Origin: Argonema galeatum A003/A1
GTDB taxonomy: Bacteria > Cyanobacteriota > Cyanobacteriia > Cyanobacteriales > Aerosakkonemataceae
Direction: 5' to 3'
DNA length: 64,000 nucleotides
Assembly: GCF_023333595.1 (NCBI RefSeq)
Contig: NZ_JAIQZM010000001.1
Location: 460,681-524,680, forward strand
Shown: piece by piece, positions 23,101-30,920 of the stretch
Layout of the letters: every line of letters begins with the position of its first letter
Numbering within the stretch: position 1 is the first letter of the stretch
Translations under genes and position numbers: made by a program
Notes under the pieces: model-generated
What the model was told of the DNA's origin: nothing
Databases searched by the model: none
Seen by the model: the letters and a program-made list of their open reading frames with translations, nothing else

Positions 23101-24636
23101 GTTTTTTGGCTTTTCAACCACATAAGCCACCAAGCGCTTGTTACTTGGTGCATCCTCTCGGACTATGACAACAGCATCTCCTACATCAGAATGTTGCCTA
23201 AGTGCTGATTCAATGTCCCCCAGTTCAATGCGGAAACCACGAATTTTTACCTGGTTGTCGATCCGACCGATAAATTCGATGTTGCCATCGGGCAGATAGC
23301 GACCTAGATCTCCCGTACAATAAAGGCGATCGCCTGTATGAGGATGAGTGATGAAGCGCTGGCTGGTTTTTTCCGGATCTCGCCAATAGCATCTAGCTAA
23401 ACCGATACCCCCAATATAGAGTTGTCCTGCCTCTCCTTCCTGGCATTCCTCCATTGCTTCGTTCAGTATGTAGAAATGCTGGTTGGTCATGGCGCGACCG
23501 TAAGGGATGCTTTTCCAGCCTGGGTCAACTTTGGCGATCGGATATAAAATAGACCAGATGGAAGCTTCGGTTGCACCTCCTAAGCTGATCACCGCCGGGG
23601 TTGAAGGTTGGTCTAGCTCAGATCTTGCACCAAGGTACTGGGCGGGCGAGACGCCCACCCCACAAGAGGCTGATTTTTCTTGTGGGATGGGCATCTTGCC
23701 CGTCCTACTCAATTGAGGTGCAAGATCTAAGTCTAAACTTTCGGATGCCGACCTAGAAACCAAATCTTTGATTCGATCTGGCAAAGTCAGGGGTATCCAA
23801 TCCCCGCTGAGAAGGACTAATCGCAGAGATGATGGCAGAGTTTTGCCACAACCAGCAGCATAATCCACAAGCATCTGCATCAATGGCGGTGCTGAGTCCC
23901 AGAGGGTAACTCGTGCTTGCGTCATCACATCGAGCCAGTCAGCAGGATCTGGCGTTGCGGAAGCTTTGGGGATAACGACAGTCCCTCCAGCAGCCAGCAG
24001 ACCGAAAATATCATATACTGACAGGTCAAAGCTCAGGGAAGAGACAGCTAAGACGCGATCGCCACTTCCCACTTCAAAGCGTTGGTTAATATCGAGGAGC
24101 GTGTTGACTGCACCGCTATGCGCGATCGCGACTCCCTTGGGTTGACCAGTAGAGCCGGAGGTATAAATCACATAAGCTAAGTTATCCGATGTCACCTCGC
24201 TGTCTGGGTTTTCGTTGGTGAAGCGATCGACTATTTCTGAATTCCCATCTAAACAGATAACACGCGCTTGGTGTTCGGGTAGAGACTCGACTAAATGCTG
24301 TTGTGTAAGCAAGACTGGCGTTTGGGAATGTTCCAACATAAATGCCAGTCTGTTTTGGGGATAATTCGGATCTAGTGGTACATAAGCTCCCCCTGCTTTG
24401 AGAATGCCCAACAAACCTACGACACTCTCTAAAGAGCGTTCCACACAGGCGGCGACCAATACCTCTGGCCCTACACCCAGACTTCTCAGATGGTGCGCCA
24501 GCTGGTTAGCTTGGGAATTTAACTGTTGATAAGTTAGCTGCTTTCCTTCAAAAATTACTGCGATCGCGTCAGGCGATCGCTCTACTTGGAACTCAAATAG
24601 CTGGTGGATGCACTTATCCTGGAAATTACCGAGCAT
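17155..24636 (-). CDS. Non-ribosomal peptide synthetase, 2493 aa: A1 (interrupted by a methyltransferase domain) - PCP - C - A2 (with a PilZ-like insert, partly duplicated) - PCP
   Basis: A-domain cores 'LAYVIYTSGSTGQPKGV' occur twice. An MT domain 'LEIGCGTGLL' sits between A8 and A9 of A1. The PCP motif is 'LELGGHSLLAIQ' and the C-domain motif 'HHIVIDGIS'. The terminal PCP is 'FFDLGGHSLL'. The C-terminal tail is basic. Confidence 0.9.
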   Translation of the reverse strand: MLGNFQDKCIHQLFEFQVERSPDAIAVIFEGKQLTYQQLNSQANQLAHHLRSLGVGPEVLVAACVERSLESVVGLLGILKAGGAYVPLDPNYPQNRLAFMLEHSQTPVLLTQQHLVESLPEHQARVICLDGNSEIVDRFTNENPDSEVTSDNLAYVIYTSGSTGQPKGVAIAHSGAVNTLLDINQRFEVGSGDRVLAVSSLSFDLSVYDIFGLLAAGGTVVIPKASATPDPADWLDVMTQARVTLWDSAPPLMQMLVDYAAGCGKTLPSSLRLVLLSGDWIPLTLPDRIKDLVSRSASESLDLDLAPQLSRTGKMPIPQEKSASCGVGVSPAQYLGARSELDQPSTPAVISLGGATEASIWSILYPIAKVDPGWKSIPYGRAMTNQHFYILNEAMEECQEGEAGQLYIGGIGLARCYWRDPEKTSQRFITHPHTGDRLYCTGDLGRYLPDGNIEFIGRIDNQVKIRGFRIELGDIESALRQHSDVGDAVVIVREDAPSNKRLVAYVVEKPKNSSSSEPELDNYTELLSQWQTLYENTYSQTPTHQNQTFNIIGWNSSYTGQPIPENEMRSWVEHTVDRILQLQPQSVLEIGCGTGLLLSRIAPHCTQYRAADFSPQALRYIEQMKMSVQGLENVTLLERTADNFEGIEADSLDTVIINSVIQHFPSIDYLLKVLEGAVNAVRSGGNIFLGDLRSLPLLEAYHASVQLHRASAELERTQLLSTVRSLMAQEEELVIDPAFFTALKQHLPQIGHVEILPKRGVHHNELTRFRYDVILHIGERVPVTKDIKWLDWQPNWTMASIRQLLQTTSPEILGLRQVPNARLETEIKTLQWLNTNSGLETVGEWRNSLQKTSPLGIDPEELWLLGQEFHYQIHISWLEASASGSYDVVFRHNFPTKVAETKEIIVTEENTIPAQPWSHYANQPLKRNVAQKLIPHLRSFLHEKLPDYMMPDRFVLLEALPLTPNGKVDRRSLPAPDTSRPDLEENYVAPRTPIEEILAGIWAEVLGIERVGIYDNFLELGGHSLLAIQIDSRLRNTLKVELPVGSLFGSPTIASLAQRILESDSEKGNLQVTSIPASSRNQNLPLSWNQQQLWFLAQLAPDSPVYNEPCTIRFPGAIDVHALAKALNEIIKRHESLRTRFITVNGQPIQVIDPPADTFNLEFVDLRQLPVDQREAEALQLASTEAKEPFDLTSGPIMRATSIQLSDEDCRLFLTFHHIVIDGISIYNVFLPELAALYEAFCNEKTLVLPELPLQYADFAVWQQQKFRGEILESQLGYWQQQLADLPVLQLPLDRPRPPVQTFRGARQRLVVSKNLTEALKALSQQEGVTLYMTLLAAFKILLYRYSGQEDIVVGTFTAGRNRPEIEKVIGFFINTLVLRTELSGNPSFQVALSRVREVTLGAYAHEDVPFEKLLETLQPERNLSQNPLFQVAFAPQPPMPSLHEGWNVSYLDIQTDTAKFDLILDVEERPDSIIGRIEYNTDLFDSATITRMLGHFQTLLEGIVANPDQKISQLPLLTEYERQQLAAWNHTQTDYPKDACIHQLFEEQVERSPDAIALVFEDKQLTYKELNQRANQLAHHLRNLGVTAEVMVGICVERSLEMVVGILGILKAGGAYVPLDPAYPPERIAFMLEDAQVPVLLTQARLVESLPKHQGRTVCLDTDWEVIERQSEENPGGSLTSDKLAYVIYTSGSTGRPKGVLVGHRGLCNLAKAQIQIFDVDLSSRVLQFASLSFDVATSDWVIALCSGATLYIATNDALLAGSGLIEVLRDQAITHIELPAAVLRVLPFEELPTLRTIIVGGEAVSAELVAKWAPGRRFFNAYGPTESTVCATVAEVSYCEEKLPIGRPIANTQVYLLNTQLQPVPIGVPGELYIGGDGLARGYLNRPELTADRFILNPFSNEPGSRLYKTGDLARYLPDGNIEFLGRIDHQVKIRGFRIELGEIEATLAQHPDVRESVVINREDASGNQRLVAYIVSNLRPERTPFKSECLAEFDGNPAVKLRTEDISLGGVGLLGIPDTCRPGQSVRLRLHLPGFDEELWVEGTVAWCRRNQAGIELALGAIEQDLFQQSIAYLLETQGFWKVLQRTAIGSLRHVLKQKLPNYMMPSSFVFLNALPLTPNGKIDRKALPDPDTFNRQLDNGAPQTESEDAIATVWKEVLHPEKVGVDDNLLDIELNEIEAILSQHPDVRESLVMKREDASGNQRLVAYIVSNLTPERTPFKSECLAEFDGHAAVKLRTEDISLGGLGLVDVPDTCQPGQSVRLRLHMAGFGEERWFEGSVAWCQGNQAGIELALGAIEQALFQQSIAHLLETQGFWKVLQRTGVGSLRNFLKQKLPNYMMPSSFVFLNALPLIPNGKVDPLALPVPDALNIELETSYVAPQTDMEQAIATVWQQVLHLEKVGVDDNFFDLGGHSLLMAQAHSKLREAIDRDVSMIEMFKYPTISSLAKYLSQEQDEESSFDASRDRIQKQKEAINRQKQKQRLQGKNKNG

Positions 24637-24925
24637 TTTATTCTTCCTTCGATGAGGAACCTTAGATTATTGTTCCCATATTTGATCTGAAAACTACATC
24701 TGGAAGATTCTACTTTCCTCTGCTACAAGACTACCCATGAGCTGACGCTCACAACAAAGGATTGAAAATATCACTTTCTCATACCAAATCCGGGTTGGTT
24801 ACCCCATGAGAATTTTTGGCCTAAACATTGTAGAGACGTTTCATGAAACGTCTCTACAGCCTAGAGACATAATGTGGGTAATCGTTGCGGATTTGGTATA
24901 ATTTGGAATCAAAGGCTTATAAGTT

Positions 24926-25954
24926 ATGATAGATTTTACTGTAGCTATTCCCACCTATAATGGAGCCACCCGCTTACCTAAAGTTCTGGAGCGACTGCTC
25001 CATCAGCTCGATACAGAACATTTCGCCTGGGAAATCATCGTTGTTGATAACAACAGTGAAGATCATACTGCAAAAGTTGTTCGAGAGTATCAAGCAAATT
25101 GGCCGCAAGCCTATCCGTTAAAATACGTATTTGAAGCCGAGCCCGGAGCTGCATTTGCCAGGAATAGAGCCGTAGAAGAAGCCAGAGGCAAATTGATTGG
25201 CTTTTTGGATGATGACAATTTACCGGAGCCTGACTGGGTAGCAGCTGCTTACGAGTTTGCACAAGCGCATCCACAGGCGGGAGCTTATGGCAGCCAAATA
25301 CACGGCTTATTTGAAGTGGAACCACCCCATAATTTTAACAGAATTGCTAGTTTTTTAGCAATAATCCAGCGAGGCCAAACGGCACATCGCTACGAACCGC
25401 GTCAAAAGATGCTACCGCCTGGAGCCGGTTTGGTAGTTCGCAGACAAGTTTGGCGCTTGAGCGTTCCCAAGCGTTTGGTATTGAATAATAAGGGTAAAGA
25501 AGCAGGGTTAGCCAGCGAAGATTTGGAAGCTTTGTTGCATATTCAGAAAGCGGGTTGGGAAATTTGGTACAACCCAGATATGCAAATTTACCACGATATT
25601 CCGCGCTGGAGATTGGAAAAAAATTACCTGATATCTCTGGCTCGTTGTATTGGTTTAAGTCGCCATCAGTTGCGAATGATGAGACTAAAAAATTGGCAAA
25701 AACCGCTGCTAATTCCTGTTTATTTTGCCAACGATATGCGTCGCCTGATAATGCACTGGATTAAATATGGAGGTGTTGCGAAAAAAGATGCGATCGCAGC
25801 TTGCGAATTAGAGCTATTGCGGTGCAGTGTAATTAGTCCCTTCTTCCTTTGGCAAAAGCAATATTTAGACTTTAAAATCGCATCGAAAATAACCAAAAAA
25901 AAGCTAGCTGACTTACAGATGAAAGAGCAGCCAGTATCAGGCAAATCAAGATAA
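24926..25954 (+). CDS. Family-2 glycosyltransferase (GT-A fold); possibly Hps-type polysaccharide glycosyltransferase, low certainty
   Basis: 'VAIPTYNGATRLPKVLERLL...IIVVDNNSEDHT...GFLDDDN' (DxD). A TATAAT box at ~24893 lies upstream. Confidence 0.75.
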   Translation: MIDFTVAIPTYNGATRLPKVLERLLHQLDTEHFAWEIIVVDNNSEDHTAKVVREYQANWPQAYPLKYVFEAEPGAAFARNRAVEEARGKLIGFLDDDNLPEPDWVAAAYEFAQAHPQAGAYGSQIHGLFEVEPPHNFNRIASFLAIIQRGQTAHRYEPRQKMLPPGAGLVVRRQVWRLSVPKRLVLNNKGKEAGLASEDLEALLHIQKAGWEIWYNPDMQIYHDIPRWRLEKNYLISLARCIGLSRHQLRMMRLKNWQKPLLIPVYFANDMRRLIMHWIKYGGVAKKDAIAACELELLRCSVISPFFLWQKQYLDFKIASKITKKKLADLQMKEQPVSGKSR

Positions 25955-25961
25955 CCAAAAA

Positions 25962-26957
25962 TTGAAGTCAATGCACTTTACCGTAGCCATCCCAACTTAC
26001 AATGGAGCCAGTCGCTTACCCAAACTTTTAGAGCAACTGCGGACTCAGGTTAATACCGAAGATTTGGTTTGGGAAATTATTATTGTTGATAATAATAGCA
26101 AAGACAACACAGCAGAAATTGTGCGACAATATCAAGCAAATTGGCCAGAGCCATATCCTTTAAGATATTGTTTGGAAAGAGAACAAGGAGCAGCCTTTGC
26201 TAGACTGCGAGCAATTCGGGAAGCAAACGGTGAATTAATTGGTTTCCTTGATGATGACAATTTACCCGATACTAACTGGGTAGCGGCAGCTTATTTATTT
26301 GGCAAAGAACATCCCAACGCGGGAGCTTATGGCGGTCAAATTCATGGTGATTTTGAAGTCGAACCGCCAGAAAACTTCAAAAGAATACAATCATTTTTAG
26401 CAATTAGAGAAGGAGGTAAAAAACCGCATCTTTACGATCCCGATCATTTAAATTTACCCCCCGCAGCAGCAGTGGTAGTCCGCAAACAAGCCTGGTGCGA
26501 AAATGTTCCCAGTCGTCCTACTCTGGGGGGTAAAGCAAATGGATCGATGATCCAGGGGGATGACTATGAGCCATTGCTGTATATGCACAAAGCAGGATGG
26601 GAAATTTGGTATCACCCAACTATGCAAACTTATCATCAAATACCGCACTGGCGATTAGAGAAAGATTACTTAATTTCTCTAATTCGCGGTTCTAGTTTGT
26701 GCATTTGCCATCTGCGGATGATCAATGCTAAAACATGGCAGAAACCAATTATTATAGCTAGGATTATGCTGGGGAGTCTGCGTCGAGCTATATTGCACCT
26801 ACTCAAATATCGATGGAAAGTCAAAACAGATCTCATCGCCGCTTGCGAGATGGAATTTCACTTGAGTAGTTTCGCAAGTCCTTTTTATTTTATTAAAACT
26901 TCCCTAGTTTCGCAGTTTGTCAGATATACTGGAAAAAACCAAACTGGATTTGTATAA
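25962..26957 (+). CDS. Family-2 glycosyltransferase, tandem paralog of the preceding gene (~60% identity by eye)
   Basis: 'VAIPTYNGASRLPKLLEQL...IIIVDNNSKDNT...GFLDDDN'. Confidence 0.75.
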   Translation: MKSMHFTVAIPTYNGASRLPKLLEQLRTQVNTEDLVWEIIIVDNNSKDNTAEIVRQYQANWPEPYPLRYCLEREQGAAFARLRAIREANGELIGFLDDDNLPDTNWVAAAYLFGKEHPNAGAYGGQIHGDFEVEPPENFKRIQSFLAIREGGKKPHLYDPDHLNLPPAAAVVVRKQAWCENVPSRPTLGGKANGSMIQGDDYEPLLYMHKAGWEIWYHPTMQTYHQIPHWRLEKDYLISLIRGSSLCICHLRMINAKTWQKPIIIARIMLGSLRRAILHLLKYRWKVKTDLIAACEMEFHLSSFASPFYFIKTSLVSQFVRYTGKNQTGFV

Positions 26958-27977
26958 ATGATAGAACCGGAAGCCACGTTAGTTATAGTACCAAGAGAGC
27001 GTTTCAGTTATACCGAGCGCTCTCTGGAAAGCCTTTACGAGAATACAACTACTCCCTTTAAATTAATCTATGTAGATGGCAACTCACCTAATCGAACAAA
27101 GCGCTATCTTGAAAACCAAGCTAAAGAAAAAGGATTTCGCTTAATCCGCACCGAACATTTCCTGGCTCCAAATCAGGCGCGTAACTTGGCTTTACCAGAA
27201 ATTCATACCAAATATGCAGTATTTGTCGATAACGATGTGGTTTTCACACCAGGTTGGTTAGATCGACTTTTACAGTGTGCAGAAGAGACAGGAGCATGGG
27301 TAGTTGGGCCACTTTATTACCACGGAAAACTTGAAAACGAAATTATCCACCACGCGGGGGGACTTCTTCACATCCGAGAAGATAAAGGTAAACGACGATT
27401 CATTGAAAAACATCGTTTTTTAGGAAAACCAGTCGATAAAGTACGCTCCGAATTGCGACGGGAGGAGACTGAACTGATAGAATTTCATTGTTTCTTAGTG
27501 CGTAGCGAAGTATTTGAACAGATAGGTCAGTTCGATGAAAAGCTCATGAGTACTGGCGAAGAATGGGATTTGTGTCTGGAAGTACGAGAGAGAGGCAAAA
27601 CTGTTTACTTTGAGCCAAATTCGATTATCAGTTACGTACCACCACCCCCATTCGCCTGGTCAGATTTACCTTTCTTTTTACTTCGTTGGAGTGACGCTTG
27701 GAATTTGCAAAGTCTGAATCGCTTCCGCGAGAAATGGAACTTGCCAGAAGATGACCCTGGCCTCAAAGGTCATTACAAGTGGCTAAATCGCCATCGCCAA
27801 CGAGTTATTAGAGAGTCAATTCGGCGCGTTTTCCCAATAAAGCGTGCTTCCTGGATGAATGAAAATATTTTGAAGCCAGTAGAACAGCAATTGAATAAGT
27901 TGTTGTTCTCCAAGCTGTCAAACAAATCCCAGAACCAAAAAGGCGAAACTGTCAATACAGTTGGTTCTAAATCTTAA
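26958..27977 (+). CDS. Glycosyltransferase family 2-like (GT-A)
   Basis: 'KLIYVDGNSPNRT...AVFVDNDVVFTPGW' (DxD). The ATG overlaps the previous stop (TAAATG). Confidence 0.6.
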   Translation: MIEPEATLVIVPRERFSYTERSLESLYENTTTPFKLIYVDGNSPNRTKRYLENQAKEKGFRLIRTEHFLAPNQARNLALPEIHTKYAVFVDNDVVFTPGWLDRLLQCAEETGAWVVGPLYYHGKLENEIIHHAGGLLHIREDKGKRRFIEKHRFLGKPVDKVRSELRREETELIEFHCFLVRSEVFEQIGQFDEKLMSTGEEWDLCLEVRERGKTVYFEPNSIISYVPPPPFAWSDLPFFLLRWSDAWNLQSLNRFREKWNLPEDDPGLKGHYKWLNRHRQRVIRESIRRVFPIKRASWMNENILKPVEQQLNKLLFSKLSNKSQNQKGETVNTVGSKS

Positions 27978-28357
27978 AAGCAAAAGCTATGTATCTCTTG
28001 CTCTAAGGTAGTTTTATTGAGAACCAAATAGTATTTTTTCGCGGCAATGAACAAAATTACATTGAGCGCCACCAATGCGACTAAAGCAAGGATAGATACA
28101 GGGGTTACCGCTGTAATAGAGTACATTTTAAGTAGGGGCGTAGGGGCGTTCGCGTTCGAGTAGCGGCGCGGATGCGCTCAGCGTGCCGGAGGCATTAGCA
28201 TTCCGGTAATTAACCTCTGCATATAACCAATAAGTTATTTGCCGGAATGCTACGCCCTTATTTCTGTACCTCATAACAGCGGAAACTGCTATAAGATTAA
28301 CGCTAGACGGATAACTTGCTGTGATTTTGGCATCATAGGTGGCGACTCAAAGGAAGA

Positions 28358-29818
28358 TTAAGCTGATGTTTTTACCGTGTAATACTCATTCTTAGCATAC
28401 ACGCTAATGATGGTATCGCCTACCTCAAAAAACACTCCCGCTTGCTCATCTTTCGAGAATTGCAAGTCACCGTACTTGGCAGCAATTGCGTCAGCAGTTT
28501 GCGCTACGCTATCCATTTCATCGGGTAACTGTCCCGTCGAACCAATGTAGAAAACCAGCGGACTAATCTTTTGTCGATACACTTTTTCTGCATAGTCCTC
28601 AAGTTTCTCATTTGCTGCCTTCAAAGCAGCAACAAAATCTTCTCGACTCACATTTTCTCCTTTCCATTTACCCTGCAACAACCGCATCAAACTATCTGCA
28701 CCTACTTTTGATAAGATAGCTGCAATGGTGCCATTATCTTCAATCCCCAGAAAGTTATCAAAAATCCGCTTCATCAAGTCATCAACCTTGGTTATCTTGG
28801 TTCGCGATGACACGGTTTTGTGTCCGAAGACAACATCCTCATCTAAGCTGATGTCGAATGTCGGTTTCTCCAACTTTTCGCCGGTGTCTTTGTTATATAC
28901 CTCATACATCCGGTTGAGGAATTTATTGGCAGAGTAAAGTTTGCCGAAGTTGAGGATATCTTTGCTGCCAATATCAACTTTGTAGCTGACGCGAGAATCG
29001 ACTGTGCCGTTAGCAAGTGCTGACTGTAAATCGCTATAGTCTGTCGTCGTCGGAAAGTTGATGTAAAGACTCTTGGAAAGATAGTGCTTTTTCAATTCCT
29101 CCAGTTGTTCTTGAGTGTAAATATCCGACTCTTTCTTCAAGTGAGCCGATAGAATACTAGAGAGGATTTTAATTTCAGCTAACTCCTCGAACACGCCATC
29201 AATACTGCCATAATTTTCAGTCAATGGCACTATCGGCAAATTGTCTAAGCGGATAGTGTATTCATCTCGGAAGTCATAGTTTTCGGCTGGTTTACCATCC
29301 TTTTCTAGTACAGCTTTTGACTTCAGCAAATCAAATACTTTCTTGCTGCTAATCTTGACTGGTAGCGACTTAACATTTACTTCACCGTCGCTGACAATCG
29401 TGAAGCTATTGAAACTTTCAAGATTGGTAAATAGCAAACCTGCTACTTCGTCTATCGACGTTTGTTGCTCAAAGTTTACCAGCTTGATAGGTCGGTTAAT
29501 CAGCAGATTGATGGTAGCTGTATTTCGATTGAGTTTAAAGGAAACAATGCGAACATATTCGCTGCCATTCAAAAAATTACTTTTCAGCAAAGGCTCGATG
29601 AGGTTGCCTTTTTCGTCTCTGTAGCCGTTAATTCTCTTCAGTCCTTTCCTTTGATAGTCCTCCTGCAAGTGCTTGAGATTAATAATGATGTTACCGCTGT
29701 TTTCTGACAACAGCTTGACTAGCTCCAACAGGGAAAATTTGTCGTTTAATTTTACTATATTCAAGCTGGTGTAAGTACTAGACTCTGGTTGTGCTAATTG
29801 GGAGTTTTTCCGTGCCAT
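28358..29818 (-). CDS. Hypothetical protein, 486 aa, Lys/Asn/Ser-rich with no motif recognisable by eye
   Basis: A long uninterrupted ORF, divergent from the Gp157-family gene. No Walker, HxH or other catalytic motif was seen. Confidence 0.5.
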   Translation of the reverse strand: MARKNSQLAQPESSTYTSLNIVKLNDKFSLLELVKLLSENSGNIIINLKHLQEDYQRKGLKRINGYRDEKGNLIEPLLKSNFLNGSEYVRIVSFKLNRNTATINLLINRPIKLVNFEQQTSIDEVAGLLFTNLESFNSFTIVSDGEVNVKSLPVKISSKKVFDLLKSKAVLEKDGKPAENYDFRDEYTIRLDNLPIVPLTENYGSIDGVFEELAEIKILSSILSAHLKKESDIYTQEQLEELKKHYLSKSLYINFPTTTDYSDLQSALANGTVDSRVSYKVDIGSKDILNFGKLYSANKFLNRMYEVYNKDTGEKLEKPTFDISLDEDVVFGHKTVSSRTKITKVDDLMKRIFDNFLGIEDNGTIAAILSKVGADSLMRLLQGKWKGENVSREDFVAALKAANEKLEDYAEKVYRQKISPLVFYIGSTGQLPDEMDSVAQTADAIAAKYGDLQFSKDEQAGVFFEVGDTIISVYAKNEYYTVKTSA

Positions 29819-30117
29819 GTTTGGATTTTTCCTAAGTTAAGATTTAGCGCTAAAGCGCAACTACGTACCAAGAATGATTTATTTGCGCCGACATACTTAG
29901 ATTTGCCAAAGGATAGAGGTGACCTGAGACTACCTGGATAAACGTCGCTCAATTTGATACTTATCTGCGTTTATCTGGGGTAAAAAAACTGCCAAGAAAC
30001 TTGTCGGTAATGGTAAAGGTTTTAGCCAAGGGGTAATGAAGTATCATATATATATTATACTTCAAAATTAATGATTGTGGGCATTTTAAACTTATTGTTA
30101 TCTGAGGAGCAGAATTA

Positions 30118-30669
30118 ATGGAAAGCATCGCATCGCAGAATGGATCGGCACAACCGCGAACTCTGTTCAACCTTTCTGACGAGATAAGCCAGTTGAATGT
30201 TCTGCTGGATGAATTAGATGGCGACGATACCGAGAGCAAACAGCTGCTGACGAATTGGCTGGAGCAATTGGGAGAGGAACGCGATCGCAAACTCGACAAC
30301 TACGCCGCCTTAATCTCTGAATTGCAGGCTAAAGCCACAGTTCGCAAAGCAGAAGCGAAAAGGTTAGCCGAACTAGCCGCTGCTGATGAAAAACGCGCCC
30401 AAATGCTCAAAGAACGACTAGAATGGTTTTTTAGCGTCAACAAGCTGAAAACAGTTGAGACGACTCGCTACAAATTATCTTTGGCAAAAAACGGCGGAAA
30501 AGCGCCATTAATTCTGGATGAGTCGCTCTCACCGACCCAATTGCCAGAAAAGTTTCAGAAAATTAGCGTAGAGGTCGATAAAACGGCGATTAGAGCCGCG
30601 CTGGAGGCGGGAGAGGACTTAGATTTTGCACATTTGGGCGATCGCGGTTCCCATCTCCGCATTAAATAG
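30118..30669 (+). CDS. Sipho_Gp157-family protein (phage-derived, ~180 aa)
   Basis: A coiled-coil N-terminus '...KLDNYAALISELQAKATVRKAEAKRLAE...' and a C-terminus '...KTAIRAALEAGEDLDFAHLGDRGSHLRIK' match the Gp157 family pattern (…G..v.G..l.....L.IR). Confidence 0.6.
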   Translation: MESIASQNGSAQPRTLFNLSDEISQLNVLLDELDGDDTESKQLLTNWLEQLGEERDRKLDNYAALISELQAKATVRKAEAKRLAELAAADEKRAQMLKERLEWFFSVNKLKTVETTRYKLSLAKNGGKAPLILDESLSPTQLPEKFQKISVEVDKTAIRAALEAGEDLDFAHLGDRGSHLRIK

Positions 30670-30708
30670 ATTTCTCCAGAAATTAAAGGTGCGTTACCTG
30701 TAACCCTT

Positions 30709-30743
30709 GTAGAGACGTTGCATGCAACGTCTCTACATTCTTT
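30709..30743 (+). terminator. Perfect 28-bp palindrome GTAGAGACGTTGCATGCAACGTCTCTAC downstream of the Gp157-family gene. It is part of a 71-bp dispersed element.
   Basis: A 12-bp GC-containing stem followed by ATTCTTT. An identical element lies at 47762-47832, where it is followed by T6. Confidence 0.45.
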
Positions 30744-30920
30744 GAAAGGAGATGACTATTAGACTTCTCAGTATTCTCATTCCCAGGTTGAACCTGGGAA
30801 TGAGAAATTCAATCTAAAATCTAAAATTTGCAATTTCCCTGTCCCCATTACAGGAAGCTTAAGAATTCAGGAGAAGTCTTGGGGAATAGTTATTGTGGGG
30901 ATACATACTCCCGGTGAGGG

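Noticed and set aside
17668-23716. Numerous 60-144-aa plus-strand ORFs inside the NRPS gene (and 14435-15085 and 16470-17075 in and around the PKS gene)
   Set aside because: They are antisense to long multidomain coding frames with clear NRPS/PKS motifs. The two similar ORFs at 17668-17886 and 18023-18322 simply reflect the tandem duplication.
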